From Mustelus asterias (Eukaryota): 64,000 bases of DNA. Each line of letters begins with the position of its first letter. Position 1 is the first letter of the stretch. The notes below the pieces were generated by a model, which was not told the DNA's origin, did not search any database, and worked only from the letters and a program-made list of their open reading frames with translations. Location: positions 186,001 to 250,000 of the forward strand of contig NW_027590197.1 of assembly GCF_964213995.1 (NCBI RefSeq). The letters run 5' to 3'. A program made the translations under genes and the position numbers. This document shows positions 23,352 through 35,766 of this stretch, in pieces.

Positions 23352-23678
23352 CTTTTGCTACCAAATAAACCTGTTGGACTTTAACCTGGTGTTGTTAAAC
23401 TTCTTACTGTGTTTACCCCAGTCCAACGCCGGCATCTCCACATCATCAGGGGGATTAACAGGTAAATATGTGGATAGGGCCTGGATGGGATTGTTGTCGG
23501 TGCAGGCTCGATGGGCTGAATGGCCTCCTCCTACAATGTATTTTATGATTCATTACTGTTAATTAATTAATTACTTTGAATGAAGGTGGTCTTGATGATG
23601 ATGTGGACGTGGTTGGAAGCTCATATTGGGATGAACTATTTCACCCTGGTTGTGAACAGCCTGGTTCAGCCTCAGACA

Positions 23679-24047
23679 GTAAGTAATCTCACAACACCAG
23701 GTTAAAATCCAACAGGTTAATTTGCTGGCATAAGCCACAGGATTTTGGAGCGCTGCTCTTCATCAGGTGAGTGGGAGTTCTATTCACAAACAGGGCACAG
23801 AGACACAAACTCAATTTACAAAATAATGGTTGGAATGTGAGTCTTTACAGGTAATCAAGTCTTAAAGGTACAGACAATGTGAGTGGAGAGAGGGTGAAGC
23901 ACAGGTTAAAGAGATGTGTATTGTCTCCAGCCAGGACAGTTAGTGAGATTTTGCAAGCCCAGGCAATTTGTGGGGGTTACAGATAGTGTGAGTTACAGAT
24001 AGTGTGACATGAACCCAAGATCCCGGTTGAGGCCGTCCTCATGTGTG
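23679..24047 (-). mobile_element. Older Penelope-like 3' fragment
   Basis: Diverged reverse complement of ~22975-23410 (caacaccaggttaaaatccaacagg...cccggttgaggccgtcc). Confidence 0.8.
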
Positions 24048-24954
24048 ATTGACAGATCCATGCTCACTGCTTCTTGCCCTGGATGCAGAGAGCTGAAAAT
24101 TTCCATGCAGGCTGCCAGACAAATAAATGTCTACATTACTGGAGTAAAAATGTGTGGAATATACAGACCGAATTCACTTCATTCCCTTCAGTTGCTGCAA
24201 GTCCCCAATTTCCCCAGAATGAGAAAAGAAATGGAAAGGGGGAAACATTGATTTCCTCCCAGATGTTGTCCAGAAGAGGAAGTTTCAATCTGAAGCTCAT
24301 TGGACAACTTCCGCATTGTGACGTCACAATGGAGCCTGCCTGAATCAGCGAATAGGAATCTCTCTTCCTACATCAAGAGCTGATGTTTCTTGTCTCGATG
24401 ACCCTTTGTCAAAGCTCTGAAACATCAGTTCTTTTCTCTCCATCCAGATGCTGCCAGACCTGCTGAGAATGGGGAGAGAGTGTGTGGGATGGAGATTTAC
24501 AGCTTTTGGGGAATGAGAGAGGAAAGAATGTTCCATAGAAATTGTCTGTTCTGAATTTCTATGCTGTACTGACACTGATGACTTTTGTAAACTCGTTTTA
24601 CAGGATATTGAAAGAGGAATCACAGGCCGAAATCTCGAACGTCATGTCTAGACGTGACAGAGTCATATTCCTTGGGACCTCAATATCATCGGACTTTGAA
24701 TCCAGAAGGAGAAATGATTGTCCAGTCTGTCGATTTGAAAAGATTTGAAATGTCAGTGTGAGTGAAAAAGCATCAACACACTGCCACACTTGAATGAGAG
24801 TGTTCCAATGCACTGACTAAAGAGCTTTAACCAGTTACACAGTCTGAATAAATATCACACCATTCACAGCGGGGAGAGACTGTAATCTTGTTCTGAGTGT
24901 GGGCGAAGTTTCAACTAATTGTCCAGTCAAGAGAGAGGTAAGGACACCTGCACC

Positions 24955-25881
24955 ATGGATAAACCATGGAAATGTGGGGACTGTGGGAAGGGATACAGAG
25001 CCCCATCTAAGCTGGAAGCTCATCGACGTAGCCACACTGGGGAGAGACCATTCACCTGCTCTCAATGTGGGAAGGGATTCACTCGATTATCCCTCCTGCA
25101 GAGACACCAGCGAGTTCACACTGGAGAGAGGCCATTTTCCTGCTCTCAATGTGAGAAGGGATTCAGTCAGTTATCCGACCTGCAGAGACACCAGCGAGTT
25201 CACACTGGGGAGAGGCCGTTCACCTGCTCTCAGTGTGGGAAGGGATTCACTCAATTATCCACCCTGCGGACACATGAACGAGTTCACACTGGGGAGAGGC
25301 CATTCACCTGCTCTCAGTGTGGGAAAGGATTCATTCTGTTATCCAGCCTGCGGATACACCAGCGAGTTCACACTGGGGAGAAACCATTCACCTGCTCTCA
25401 GTGTGGGAAGAGATTCACTCAGTCAGCCGACCTGCAGAGACACCAGCTACGTCACACAAGGGAGAGGCCGTTCACCTGCTCTCAGTGTGGGAAGGGATTC
25501 ATTCTGTTATCCAGCCTGCGAATACACCAGCGAGTTCACACTGGGGAGAAACCATTCATCTGCTCTCAGTGTGGGAAGGGATTCACTAACTCATCTGATC
25601 TGCGGACACACCAGCGAGTTCACACAGGGGAGAGGCCGTTCACCTGCTCTCAGTGTGGGAAGGGATTCACTCAGTCATCCCACCTGCAGAGACACCAGCG
25701 AGTTCACACTGGGGAGAGACCATTCAACTGTTCTCAGTGTGGGAAGGGATTCACTCAGTCATCCAACTTGCAGACACACCAGCGAGTTCACACTGGGGAG
25801 AGGCCATTCACCTGCTCTCAGTGTGGGAAGGGATTCAGAGTTTCATCCCACCTGCTGAGACACCAGCGAGTTCACGAGTGA
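24955..25881 (+). CDS. C2H2 zinc-finger protein, 11 fingers (unit 4)
   Basis: ORF 24919-25881; Kozak ATG cACCATGG at 24955; highly homogeneous CSQCGKGF fingers. Confidence 0.85.
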   Translation: MDKPWKCGDCGKGYRAPSKLEAHRRSHTGERPFTCSQCGKGFTRLSLLQRHQRVHTGERPFSCSQCEKGFSQLSDLQRHQRVHTGERPFTCSQCGKGFTQLSTLRTHERVHTGERPFTCSQCGKGFILLSSLRIHQRVHTGEKPFTCSQCGKRFTQSADLQRHQLRHTRERPFTCSQCGKGFILLSSLRIHQRVHTGEKPFICSQCGKGFTNSSDLRTHQRVHTGERPFTCSQCGKGFTQSSHLQRHQRVHTGERPFNCSQCGKGFTQSSNLQTHQRVHTGERPFTCSQCGKGFRVSSHLLRHQRVHE

Positions 25882-26106
25882 TTCCAGAGGTTGGATTCTG
25901 CTGTTATTGTTTCTGCTCTCAATTACATCCAGGACTGCATTTTGTTCATTCTCACAGTTGGTCAATGGGGAGGGTCAGAGGGTTTTTTTCTGCTGGACTG
26001 GCCGGTCTCATGACTTTGCCTCCAGTGGGCTGATGCTCTTTGAGTCTTGTTGCGAATACCTGGTTTTTAGATTTCACACGGATCACAGAGTGACAGGGTG
26101 TGAGGA

Positions 26107-26380
26107 AGTTATAGAGGTTTACAACATGGAAACAGGCCCTTCAGCCCAACTTGTCCATTCCGCTCAGTTTTTACCACTAAGCTAGTCCCAATTGCCCGTA
26201 TTTTGCCCATATCCCTCTATACCCATCTTACCCGTGTAACTGTCTAAATGCTTTTGAAAAGACAGTATTGTACCCACCTCTACCACTGCCTCTGGCAACT
26301 CGTTCCAGACACTCACCACGACCTGAGTGAAAAACTGCCCCTCTGGACCTTTTTGTATCTCTCTCCTCTCACCTTAAACC
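26107..26380 (-). mobile_element. CR1/HER1 LINE 3' end fragment
   Basis: Minus-strand RFKVRGERYKKVQRG and the atagaggtttacaacatggaaacaggccc tail. Confidence 0.75.
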
Positions 26381-26418
26381 TCAAACTAAGAACAAGAAAT
26401 GTATCGATAAAATGATTA

Positions 26419-26590
26419 GAGAACAGAGCCAACGTTTTGAGTCTGGATGATGCTTCATGAGAGCTGTTATGAAGGGTCATCCAGGATTGAAACTTTGGCT
26501 CCATTCTTCACAGGTGCTGTCAGACCCGCTGAGATTTTCCAGCATTTTGTGTTTTTGTTTCAGATTCCAGTATCTGCAGTATTTTACTCT
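26419..26590. repeat. Short PLE-like repeat (second family) with inverted hammerhead-like half
   Basis: agagccaacgttttgagtctggatgatgcttcat...atgaagggtcatccaggattgaaactttggctc; related copies at ~24380, ~36647, ~59111, ~59397. Confidence 0.5.
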
Positions 26591-26976
26591 TCTGATGAAA
26601 TGATTAGTTCTGATTGGAATCCCCATGACCCTCCTTCAAAACAGAGGGAGTGGTGGCAGAAGGAGAAAAATGGTCAGGATGATAAAGTCTGGGTTCTGAT
26701 TCTCCGAGCCCATGTAGAATTAACAAAATGAGTGAACCAGTTTATAAAGAACAGAAGTTACCCATCCCTAACAAAAACTGATCAAATTAAAATAATTAGG
26801 TTGAGGAAGAGAACAAAAGAATTCATAGATAAAGTTTAAAATCAACTTTGTTTTGTTGTTAGAGAAGTTTTTAAAAATTATGTAAAGTGATGTAACTGTG
26901 TGCCAAGTTTCTTCTCTCACTCCCCACCCCTTTCGGTTCTGTAGAAAAGTTAACCCTTTCAGCAGACAGTTGATTT

Positions 26977-29660
26977 AGTCATGGAGTCATAGAGGTTTCC
27001 AGCTTGGAAACGGGCCCTTCAGCCCAACTTGTCCATGCCGCCCCTTTTTTAACCCCTGTGCTCATCCCAATTGTCCACGTTTGGCCCATATCCCTCGACA
27101 CCCATCTTACCCATGTAACTGTCTAAACGCTTTTTAAAAGACAAAATTGTACCTGCCTCTACTACTACCTCTGGCACCTTTTTCCAGACACTCACCACCC
27201 TCTGTGTGAAACAAGTGCCCCACTGGACCCTTCTGTATCTCTCCCCTCTCACCTTAAACCTATGCCCTCTAGTTTTAGACTCCCCTACCTTTGGGAAAAG
27301 ATATTGACTATCTAGCTGATCTATGCCCCTCATTATTTTATAGACCTCTATAAGTTCACCCCTAAGCCTCCTACATTCCAGGGAAAAAAGTCCCAGTCTA
27401 TCCAGCCTCTCTTTATAACTCAAATCATCAAGTCCCGGTAGCATCCTAATAAATCTTTTCTGCAGTCTTTCTAGTTTAATAATATCCTTTCTATCATAGG
27501 GTGACCAGAACTGTACACAGTATTCCAAGTGTGGCCTTACCAATGTCTTGTAAAACTTCAACAAGACATTCCAACTCCTGTATTCAATGTTCTGACCAAC
27601 ATGCAGAATGCCTTCTTCACCACTCTGTCCACCTGCAACTCCATTTTCAAGGAGCTATGTACCTGTACCCCTAGATTTCTGTTCTGTAACTCTCCCCAAC
27701 ACCCTACCATTAACTGAGTAAGTCCTGTCCTGGTTCGATCGCCCAAAATGTATTACCTCGCATTTATCTAAATTAAACTCCATCTGCCATTCGTCAGCCC
27801 ACTGGTCCAATTGATCAAGATCGCGCTACAATCCTAGATAGCCTTCTCCACTGTCCACGATGCCACCAACTTTGGTGTCATCTGAAAACTTACTAACCAT
27901 GCCTCCTACATTCTCACCCAAATCATTAATATAAATGACAAATAACAGTGGACCCAGCACCGATCCTTGAGGCACACCGCTGGTCACAGGCTCCAGTTTG
28001 AAAAACATCCTTCTACAACCACCCTCTGTCTTCTGTCATCAAGCCAGTTTTGTATCCATTTGGCTAACTCACCCTGGATTTCATTAGATTTAACCTTAAG
28101 CAACAATCTACCACGCGGTACCTTGTCAAAGGCCTTTCTAAAGTCCATGTAGACAGCATCACCTGTACTGCCCTCATCTACCTTCTTGGTTACCCCTTCA
28201 AAAAACTCAATCAAATTTGTGAGACATGATTTTCCACTCACAAAGCCATGCTGACCGTCCCTAATCAGTCCTTGTGTCTCCAAATGCTTGTAGATCCTGT
28301 CTCTCAAATACCTTCTGACAACTTACAGATGTGAATCACACCGCCCTTTAGTTCCCAGGCTTTTCCCTGCAGCCCTTTTTAAACAAAGGCTCCACATTTG
28401 CCACCCTCCAATCTTTAGGCACCTCACCTGTGACTATCGATGATTCAAATATCTCTGCTAGGAGACCCGCAATTTCCTCCCTCGCCTCCCACAGTGTTCT
28501 GGGATACACTTCATCAGGTCCCGGGGATTTATCTACCTTGATGCGCTTTATGACTTCCAGCATCTCCTTCTCTGTTATAAGTACACTTCTCAAGACATCA
28601 CTTTATTTCCCCAAGTTCCCTAACATCCATGCTTTTCTCAGCAATAAATAATGATGAAAAATATTCATTTATGATCTCACCCATCTCTTGTGGATCCGCA
28701 CATAGATGACCTTGTTGATCCTTAAGAGGCCCTACTCTCTACCTAGTTACTCTTTGGCACTTTATGTATTTATAGAACCTCTTTGGATTATTCTTTGCCT
28801 TATCTGCCAAAACAATCTCGTGTCCCCTTTTTGCCCTCCTGATTTCTCTCTTAATTCTACTCCTACACCCTCTATATTCTTCAAGGGATCCCAGCTGCCT
28901 ATGCATGTCATGTGCCTCCTTCTTCTTGATGAGGGCCTCAATATCTCGAGTCATCCAGGGTTCCTGACTTCTACCAGCCTTGCCCTTCACTCTAAGAGCA
29001 ATGTGCTTATCCTGAACACTGGTTAAAACACTTTTGAAAGCCTCCCACTTTCCAGACGTCCCTTTGCCTTCCCACAGACTCCCCCAGTTAACTGTCGAAA
29101 GTTCCTGCCTGATACCATCAACATTGGCCTTGCCCTAATTTAGAATTTTAACTTTTGGACCTGACCAATCATTTTCCATTGGTATCTTAAAACTAATGGA
29201 ATTATGGTCACTGGTCCCAAAGTGATCCCTCACTCACACTTCTATCACCTGCCCTTCCTTATTTCCCAAGAGGAGGTGAAGTTTTGCCCCTCTCTAGTCA
29301 GGCCATCCACATACTGAATGAGAAATTCCTCCTGAATACACTCAACAAATTTCTCCCCATCCAAGCCTCGAATACTATGTCTGTCCCAGTCAATGTTGGG
29401 AAAGTTAAAATCCCCGACTATTACCACCCTATTTTTCTTGGAACTATCTGTAATCTCCTTACATATTTGCTCCTCAATTTCCCACCGACTATTTGGGGGC
29501 CTATAGTACAACCCTATCAAAGTGATTTCCCCCTTCTTATTTCTCAGTTCACCCCTTTTGACTCAGTGGGCGAACCCTCGGATATGTCCCCTCTCAGTAC
29601 TGCCGTGATGTTTTCCTGAATCAAAAGTGCAACTCCCCCTCCTTTCTTTTCTCCTGTTCT
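26977..29660 (-). mobile_element. Long degenerate CR1/HER1 LINE ORF2 (APE endonuclease, RT, 3' UTR)
   Basis: YYRPP..VIVGDFNFPNIDW (EN), KSPGPD, SGVPQGSVLGP, SKFSDDTK, RPHLEYCVQFWSP spread over several frameshifted ORFs. Confidence 0.9.
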
Positions 29661-30759
29661 ATCTTTCCTATGGCATCTTGTTTTTAACTTGTTTTTAAAT
29701 CACCCAGAAACTCGTGTCTATTTTAGTTTATAATTGTGGATTTATTGGAGCCAGTTAAATGTGGAAATTTTAAGCGTAGCCTGGAGGAATTTGGAATAAC
29801 TGAGAATTTTATATTGTTGTCACCTCAACCCCAGGTAAAGAACAAAGAGATTGCAGGTGGTAACGTGTTTGGGATTTTAAATTAACAAAGATTAGATGTT
29901 GCTGATAAAATGGCTTAAAAAGGGTTAAGTTATAATGAAGGATCTTGGATCTTATTTTAATCAAGGAGTTGTGAGCTTGTAGTGCTCTATCACTTTAAGA
30001 AGCTATCGCTGCGAGAGAGAATGCTGAGGATTCATTGACTGAAATTTACGAGCTGTGAGAATCTGTGTGTTTCATTTTGTTTTCTGTGGATGTTTGTAGA
30101 TGTGTTTTATTATTGTTTTGGGCTACATTTGTTAAGTTTTATCTTTCTGGGGAATTAACCTTACCTTGAGTCTTTGATTAAAGGCATTTTTGGAAGTTTT
30201 AAAAACAGAATCACAAGAACGCTTAAGTAATTAATTTTGGTTATTGTTGTTGTAAAGCACATGCTAAGTTTCTCTGTTTGTGTATGGATGATATTTGTGG
30301 GTTGAATGCTTCAGGCTTTGAGTTTTTCTGTCTGTGATTTAAATCAAACATTTAAAAAAGGAAGTGTAATTAATAAAATGTTTTTTTTCAAAAGTTATGA
30401 ACTTGGAGCCATATTTACTGGACAGAGACATCTTTCCAGGATATTTTACTAAACATGCAGGAATTTTAATCCGGATAAAACTCACATGTGAGAATGAGAG
30501 TTTTAATTTGTAATGGTTATTTAAAATTTGGTACATATGAAACGACTCTGACCAATCCTGTGTTGGATTGATCTTGGGTTAAACTTCCTGTCAGGTCCAA
30601 AGATTTATTCCTGACACAATTAACACAATGAAAAGGAAAATTCTGGAATTGGATACTGAAGAACAGAGTTTAAAAGGAGAGATTATTAAATAGAAATGAT
30701 TCCCAGACCGTGTGATCGTTAGGTTGGAACAAAGGAAGGTTGCTGACATCCATTTGAGA

Positions 30760-31130
30760 ACTTTTAATCCACCCCTTTTCAAACTCAGTCTATGTACAAA
30801 GAAAACCCCAAGGATGGTAGATAAGGGGGTCTGGAAAACATCATGATGGGGGCACCTATCTGTTCATGAGATGCTGACAAAGCCCCATGATGCCCAGATA
30901 CTAATTTAATTGCACCTCTAATGTATGTAATCTATCACCATTCTGATTGGATTGTGTCCAGCTGGGATGGACTAAGTAACTGCATAAGAATTGATCATAT
31001 TCTTTATTGGGTGGAGTTGCACGTGGTCAGCCCCTGTGGCTTCTCCCCGCTGGCCTAGCTCAATAAACTGTTTGTCGATTGAATCAGGTTTGAGTGTTGA
31101 ATGATTCTTCTGAGTTCATTCCCCCCAACA
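30760..31130 (+). mobile_element. Possible LTR fragment
   Basis: AATAAA (~31063) followed by a T-rich tract ending ...ccccccaaca directly before a Gypsy integrase relic; weak. Confidence 0.3.
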
Positions 31131-31134
31131 CACT

Positions 31135-31290
31135 GGGTACATTACCACTTCATCCTCGGGAGTGGCCTGATAGGCCGTGGTCCAGACTACATGTGGCCCT
31201 TGGGGGACCTTTCATGAATCACATGTTTTTGCTTGTTGTAGATGCACATTCAAAATGCTTGGAAGCACAGATCATGAGTAATATTACAGG
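31135..31290 (+). mobile_element. Gypsy/Ty3 integrase fragment
   Basis: PLHPREWPDRPWSRLHVALGGPFMNHMFLLVVDAHSK resembles the Gypsy integrase core start (PWEWP..PW.R.H.D..GPF...FL..VDA.SKW). Confidence 0.75.
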
Positions 31291-31959
31291 GCAATTAGGA
31301 CTAGCTTATTGGTAAAAACTGGGCGGCATAGACAAGTTGGGCTGAAGGGCCTGTTTCCATGCTGTAAACCTCTATGACTCTAACTACCTTTTTTGTGGCC
31401 TGAAGTTCCCACAATTGGAAAGCAGCCAGATTAGTTAAATAGACAGCATTAATTGTGAGACAATTAAATAATAAATGATTCATTAATATATATGTTATAA
31501 AGGCTGGAAATATAAATTTGAACACAAGTTTATAACTTTTAGAATTGTAAACACATTAAGAATGGTTAAAATGCTGTGGGAATTACCAGATGTTCCCTTC
31601 CCATGCTGACAGAATAAAGAAAGATGAAAGGACTTGTTAACCTTGACTGGAGGGAATGAATCGGCTCCTGTTCAAGATGTCTCAACATTGAATGACTGAT
31701 GTGAACCAATTATTGGTTGACACTCAGGCTACCCCAAGCTAAGAGATATCGTTTGAGAGAAAGAATTGTCTTAAAATTAAGACAATGTGCGCAATTAGCT
31801 AAAAACCAAACCAATGTCATTATTGACAAGTTATAGACCAATTGGCTCATTCCCAACAATTAGCTGAGGATGGCTTTCTACATTTTGAAAGTATAAAAAG
31901 GGGGATTCGAGAAACCAATTTGGTAGAAGTTTTTAAAAGTTAACTTTGTTTATAGTTTG

Positions 31960-32495
31960 TTTATTAGTGTCACACATAGACTTACATTAACATTGCAATG
32001 AAGTTACTCTGAAAATTCCCCAGTCGCCACACTCTGGCGCCTGTTCGGGTAAACTGAGGGAGAATTTAGCATGGCCAATGTACCCAACCAGCACGTCTTT
32101 TCGACTGTGGGAGGAAACTGGAGCACCCGGAGGAAACCTGCACTTTACTGTTCAAAAATCTATCTATCCTTGCCTTAAAAACATTCAATGAGGTAGCCTC
32201 AACTGCTTCACTGGGCAGGGAATTCCACAGATTCACAACCCTTTCTGTGAAGAAGTTCCTCCTCAACTCAGTCCTAAATCTGCTTCCCTTATTTTGAGGC
32301 TGTGTCTCCTAGTTGTAGGTTAGGGGGATGAGCAGGGTAAATACTTGGGGTTATGGGACAGGTCTGGATGGGATTGCCCTGTGTGTCAGGGGGATTATAT
32401 GAGGTTACAAGGATAAGGCCTGTGTGGGATTGTTATCAGTGCAGACCTGATGGGCCAAATGGCCTCCTTCTGCACTGAAAGGATTCTATGATTTC
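31960..32495. mobile_element. Mosaic of a SINE (-), CR1 3' fragment (-) and HE1 tail (+)
   Basis: ORF 32066-32266 MRRNFFTERVVNLWNSLP; SINE body ggaaactggagcacccggagg; HE1 tail ggccaaatggcctccttctgcac. Confidence 0.6.
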
Positions 32496-32617
32496 AGAGA
32501 ATTGTGAAATTGGAGATTACTGAGATAGGGAGGGATAAGGTCATGGAGGAATTTGAAAATAAGGATGTGAATTTTAAAATTGAAACATGACTTGACTTAA
32601 AGCCGATGTCGGCTTTA

Positions 32618-32680
32618 TGGATGAATAGGATTTGGATGAATAGGATTTGGATGAATAGGATTTGGATGAATAGGATTTGG
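32618..32680. repeat. 15-bp tandem repeat (TGGATGAATAGGATT)x4 within an L2-like fragment
   Basis: Directly visible. Confidence 0.9.
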
Positions 32681-33460
32681 TGTGAGAAAGCAGACGGGCG
32701 GCAGAGTTTTGGATGATCTCACGTTTCTATGTGGGGAGTGGGGTGAATGTGAGAGGCTGCTCAGAAATGTATTGGAATCATCAAGACTAAAGGTAACAGA
32801 TGGAGTGGGGTGGAGACTGTGGACATTATGGAGATTGAAATATTTGGTATCAGTGATGGGATGGATATGTGGTCAGAAACTCATCCTGTTGTTAAATCTG
32901 ACAGCAAGGCCTGAATTTTTCATCCATTGGGCACACTCACACGGGAGTGCCTGGAAACGGGTGCAATCAGCCCTGGAAATCGGCCCCGGAAAGTGATCTC
33001 ATGCTGGCTGGCTGATTAACGGGCAGTCAGTGTGAAACGTGCACTGGGAAAGGCTCAGTGCTGCCAGGGAGGGAGGTAAGGGGACGGGGAGGGAGGGAAG
33101 GGGACGGGCACTGAGGAAAGCGAGGGTGCTGTTGGTATTTCCAATACACTCCCTCAGGGGGACAGCTGCTGCGGAGCCTGTCTCTCAGCTACAGCCCTGG
33201 AAAAAATAAACTGTGATGGAGCTCCTCACACTTGTTGGAGGTGAGGATGGAGGAGATGGGGAGAGGGAGAACCCTTCAAAAGGAATTAACTTCTGTTAGC
33301 AGTATTTAAAAGACGCAAGACACTGTGTTTAACACAAAGCTGATTTATTTGACTCTTATCCAGAATATTTACACCTATAACCGGCCTGGTGTTCATTAAT
33401 ATCAGCAGGACCAGACTCCAGTGAATAATCTTCAATCCTGCAGGTGATTCACAGCGGCAA

Positions 33461-34879
33461 ATGTTGTTCCTCTGTTTAAGAAAGGGAATAGAAATGACCC
33501 TGGTAATTATAGACCGGTTAGTCTGACTTCGGTGGTTGGTAAATTGATGGAAAAGGTCCTTAGGGATGGGATTTACGACCATTTGGAGAGATGCGGATTA
33601 ATCCGGGATAGTCAGCACGGATTTGTGAAGGGCAAATCGTGCCTCACAAATTTGATAGAATTTTTTGAGGAGGTAACTAGGTGTGTTGATGAAGGTAGGG
33701 CGGTTGATGTCATATACATGGATTTTAGTAAGGCGTTTGATAAGGTCCCCCATGGTCGGCTTATGATGAAAGTAAGGAGGTGTGGGATAGAGGGAAAGTT
33801 GGCCGATTGGATAGGTAACTGGCTGTCTGATCGAAGACAGAGGGTGGTGGTGGATGGAACATTTTCGGACTGGAGGCAGGTTGCTAGCGGAGTGCCGCAG
33901 GGATCGGTGCTTGGTCCTCTGCTCTTTGTGATTTTTATTAATGACTTAGAGGAGGGGGCTGAAGGGTGGATCAGTAAATTTGCTGATGACACCAAGATTG
34001 GTGGAGTAGTGGATGAGGTGGAGGGGTGTTGTAGGCTGCAAAGAGACATAGATAGGATGCAAAGCTGGGCTGAAAAATGGCAAATGGAGTTTAACCCTGA
34101 TAAATGTGAGGTGATTCATTTTGGTAGGACTAATTTAAATGTGGATTACAGGGTCAAAGGTAGGGTTCTGAAGACTGTGGAGGAACAGAGAGATCTTGGG
34201 GTCCATATCCACAGATCTCTAAAGGTTGCCACTCAAGTGGATAGAGCTGTGAAGAAGGCATATAGTGTGTTAGCTTTTATTAACAGGGGGTTGGAGTTTA
34301 AGAGCCGTGGGGTTATGCTGCAACTGTACAGGACCTTGGTGAGACCGCATTTGGAATATTGCGTGCAGTTCTGGTCACCTCACTATAAGAAGGATGTGGA
34401 AGCGCTGGAAAGAGTGCAGAGGAGATTTACCAGGATGCTGCCTGGTTTGGAGTGTCGGTCTTATGAGGAAAGGTTGAGGGAGCTGGGGCTGTTCTCTCTG
34501 GAGCGGAGGAGATTGAGGGGAGACTTAATAGAGGTTTATAAAATGATGAAGGGGATAGATCGAGTGAACGTTCAAAGACTATTTCCTCGGGTGGATGGAG
34601 CTATTACGAGGGGGCATAACTATAGGGTTCATGGTGGGAGATATAGGAAGGATATCAGAGGTAGGTTCTTCACGCAGAGAGTGGTTGGGGTGTGGAATGG
34701 ACTGCCTGCAGTGATAGTGGAGTCAGACACATTAGGAACATTTAAGTGGTTATTGGATAGGCACATGGAGCACACCAGGATGGTAGGGAGTGGGATAGCT
34801 TGATCTTGGTTTCAGATGAAGGTCGGCACAACATCGTGGGCCGAAGGGCATGTTCTGTGCTGTACTGTTCTATGTTCTA
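33461..34879 (+). mobile_element. 5'-truncated young CR1/HER1 LINE with open RT ORF (33532-34803)
   Basis: 423-aa uninterrupted ORF with QHGF, DFSKAFDKV, GVPQGSVLGP, FADDTK; (GTTCTAT)n tail. Confidence 0.92.
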
Positions 34880-34896
34880 AAACCCAATCACTATAG

Positions 34897-35766
34897 TTAC
34901 TTGTGGCCTCGCTGGTGTCTCAGCAGATGGGATGACTGAGTGAATCCCCTCCCACACACAGAGCAGGAGAACGGTTTCTCCCCGGTGTGAATGCGCCGGT
35001 GTTTCAGCAGATTGGATGAGTGATTGAATCCCTTCCCGCACTCAGAGCAGGTGAGCGGCCTCTCCCCAGTGTGAATTCTCTGGTGTACAGTGAGCTGAGA
35101 TGATTTCCTGAATCCAGTCCCACAGTGAGAGCATCTGAACGGTCTCTCGTCAGTGTGAATACGTTGATGGGTCACCAGTTCCCCAGAACTTTTAAAGCAC
35201 TTCCCACAATCCAGGCATTTAAATGGTCTCTCGTCAGCGTGAACCCGTTGATGGGATGTCAGCTCCACAGAACTTTTAAAGCACTTCTCACAGTTCAGGC
35301 ATTTAAAAGGTCTCTCATCAGTGTGAACTCGCTGATGTTTCAGTCGGTGAGATGACTGAGTGAATCCCTTCCCACACACAGAGCAGGTGAATGGCCTTTC
35401 CCCAGTGTGACCATGTTGGTGTCCTAACAGATTGGATAACTGAGTGAATCCCTTCCCACACTCAGAACATGTGAATGGTCTCTCCCCATTGTGATCTCGC
35501 TGGTGTTTTAGCAGACTGGATGACTGAGTGAATCCCTTCCCACACTGAGGGCAGGTGAATGGTCTCTCCCCAGTGTGACTGCGTCGATGAGTTTCCAGGT
35601 CAGATGGATAACTAAACGCTTTCCCACAATCCCCACATTTCCACAGCTTCTCCCCAGTGTGACTGTGCTTGTGTCTCGACAGGCCAGATGATCAACTGAA
35701 GCCTCGTCCACACACACAACACGTGTATGGTTTCTCCTCACTGTGAACAGTGCTTTTTCCTTCCAT
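34897..35766 (-). pseudogene. C2H2 zinc-finger gene, 10 fingers, in-frame TGA in finger 1 (unit 5)
   Basis: ATG GAA GGA AAA AGC at 35766; in-frame TGA at 35694-35692; frame otherwise open to the stop at 34897. Confidence 0.75.

Larger units (their letters stand above)
20666..23443. mobile_element. Penelope-like retroelement insertion forming an inverted (palindromic) duplication, with 13-bp TSD
   Basis: Arms 20666-22037 and 22040-23411, spacer GA; 32-nt extension 23412-23443; TSD CATCAGGGGGATT at 20653-20665 and 23444-23456. Confidence 0.92.

Noticed and set aside
24899-25858. 319-aa alternative-frame ORF overlapping unit 4 (similar ones at 2245, 53789, 55982)
   Set aside because: Expected by-product of 84-bp finger repeats lacking stops in a shifted frame; non-ATG start and no independent evidence
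32598-32617. Small palindrome TAAAGCCGA-TG-TCGGCTTTA beside the 15-bp repeat
   Set aside because: Single short hairpin inside a decayed LINE; most likely a local repair or slippage product
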